In this document: in pieces, positions 62,431-64,000 of the stretch | How the letters are laid out: each line of letters begins with the position of its first letter | Numbering within the stretch: the stretch's first letter is position 1 | NCBI GenBank assembly: GCA_028534125.1 | Contig: CM052818.1 | Span: 6,016,001 to 6,080,000 of the forward strand | DNA: 64,000 bases | Direction of reading: 5' to 3' | From: Lama glama | Lineage: Eukaryota | Program-made: the position numbers and the translations under genes | The notes under the pieces: model-generated | The model's input: the letters and a program-made list of their open reading frames with translations, nothing else | Database searches by the model: none | What the model was told of the DNA's origin: nothing

Positions 62431-63354
62431 TATGATGATGGGGTTGGACTGTGTTCCTTGGCCTCCTCTCAGGGCTGAGCCGATGCAGACGAGCCACTTC
62501 CCCTCTCTGTGCCATGTGTCCTGATGACTTGCTTAGACCACAATGGCTGTCGCAGGCTACCCTGGGGGAGGAATCCCTGGGCTAATTTCTGCCTCTGTCA
62601 CCTCTGTTCTGTGAGTTTCTGCAGCAGTGCATGATAAAGCAAGTCAGAGCCCTGCTGGCAGGGCTGCCGCACGCAGGAGGAGGCACACACGCTGGAGCTC
62701 GACCCAGCCTTTCCAACACCCAGGCAGCTGCTGCCCTTGGCCCTTCACTCTAGGTGCTCAGTTTCTTCCCGCGCTAACAGTTGCAAAGTATGTCAACCCT
62801 TTCAGGAATACCTCCAACCTCCACATCCTATCTCACCCCCGCATACACACTCAGAACTACAGGGGCCAGAGTACAATCACCACTCCTGAGAGGGCAAACT
62901 GAGAAGTCCCAGGGATGGAGGGAGTTGTCCTGGAGCTACAAAGCGAGCTGTTGGGACAGTTCTGGAATGGAGCTCACATCTCAGGAGCCCTGGGCAGGGC
63001 CCTCCTTTTAGGGAGTGGCTGAAACCTGCAGACAAATCACTCCCAAGTAGGCCTCTCCAGCCCTGAGTTAACTTTAAGCCTCAATTATATTTGGCTCCTC
63101 CAGGGTCTCCTACGACTGTCAGGGTCTTTAGGGACTTGGGCTAGAGACCCATCCCCGGGGCACCATCTGGGAAGAGTACATGTCTCCATGGTGCAAAAGG
63201 AAGGGGGTGTTCACCAGAAACACTGCAAATGGGTGCCATCCAGACAGCCAGCAAAACAAAGAAAATAATCATGACAGCTCAACCTGAATGGTATGGTTTG
63301 ATTTTCAGATCGAGATGATTAAAAAAATGATTTATCAACTCTCCAATGCCCAAG

Positions 63355-63700
63355 CATTCATTTATTTGTTCAACAAATATTTTTTTAATGTACTTAAAAT
63401 ACATCAGGCCTTGTGCTAGCCACTGGCGATACAAAGGTGACTGTTACCAGCATGTCCCTGACCCTATAAAGACTACAATCTCGGAGATAAGAGAGGTAAG
63501 TGAAATGTTAGGGAAGTAGAAAGTGACAAGTAATATTTCTTTTGGTTTCCCAGTAGAGCCACTTCCCAGTGATGGGCACACAGCAAGAACTCATTACATG
63601 ATGAATGAATAAATGAATGAAAATAATTAACATCTACTGAGTGCGCACTATGCACCAGGCACTATTTTAAGCATGTAAACGAATTAACTCATTTTATACG
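63355..63700. mobile_element. Cluster of L2 tails and a MIR end
   Basis: cattcatttatttgttcaacaaatattt (L2 minus); gatgaatgaataaatgaatga (L2 plus); ctactgagtgcgcactatgcaccaggcactattttaagc (MIR minus). Confidence 0.7.
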
Positions 63701-64000
63701 TGTAATGTATTTAACGGATTGATACCTATAGTTAAATATATAGCAAATGAAAGTAGTAAATGAACAAATGATGTGCACTCAGCCCCCAAAGCTTCTATCC
63801 TGAATGTGTTTTGAATCTGGAGAAGAAAGAACAAGAATAAACAATAATGATGAGTTAGCTGTGGGTTAGGCATGGAGAAACGTACATAAACATGGAAAGA
63901 AAAAGGGTTTTACAACAACCATATAAATAATAAGCTGACTTCACATCCTAACTTCACCTCATAGCTGGGTAATCTTACACAGGTAGTTTAACTTCTCAAG

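Noticed and set aside
1..64000. Short ORFs (60-142 aa) in the six-frame track as protein-coding genes
   Set aside because: No recognisable domains; many start at GTG/TTG or overlap TEs and microsatellites; lengths are as expected by chance in mammalian non-coding DNA.
1..64000. Prokaryotic-type system (CRISPR array, operon, defence island, phage)
   Set aside because: No regularly spaced repeats and no gene-dense region; the sequence is CpG-depleted and full of mammalian TEs.

Overview
Mammalian, non-coding genomic DNA, intergenic or deep intronic. A tRNA-Ala-derived vic-1-type SINE and camelid-style young L1 pieces point to a camelid (camel, alpaca or llama); this is an inference. I recognise no host protein-coding exon. 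The ORF track is essentially noise apart from one LINE-1 ORF2 fragment (22378-22576), which runs into a 500-N scaffold gap (22577-23076). Most recognisable sequence is old interspersed repeat: MIR, L2, L3/CR1, L1M, HAL1, MaLR/ERVL solo LTRs and hAT-type MITEs (MER58, MER5, MER3, MER102, MER53), several of them nested with visible target-site duplications. Repeat-free blocks at about 20.0-20.7, 24.7-25.1, 30.9-31.9 and 33.6-34.35 kb carry developmental transcription-factor motifs (PBX-HOX, MEIS and posterior HOX in the latter blocks) and look like conserved enhancers. The best single lead is a palindromic MER53 whose minus strand carries a 21-mer one mismatch from mature miR-1302 inside a hairpin. 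I found no convincing novel multi-component system. Repeat family names come from remembered consensus sequences, not a database search, and boundaries are approximate.
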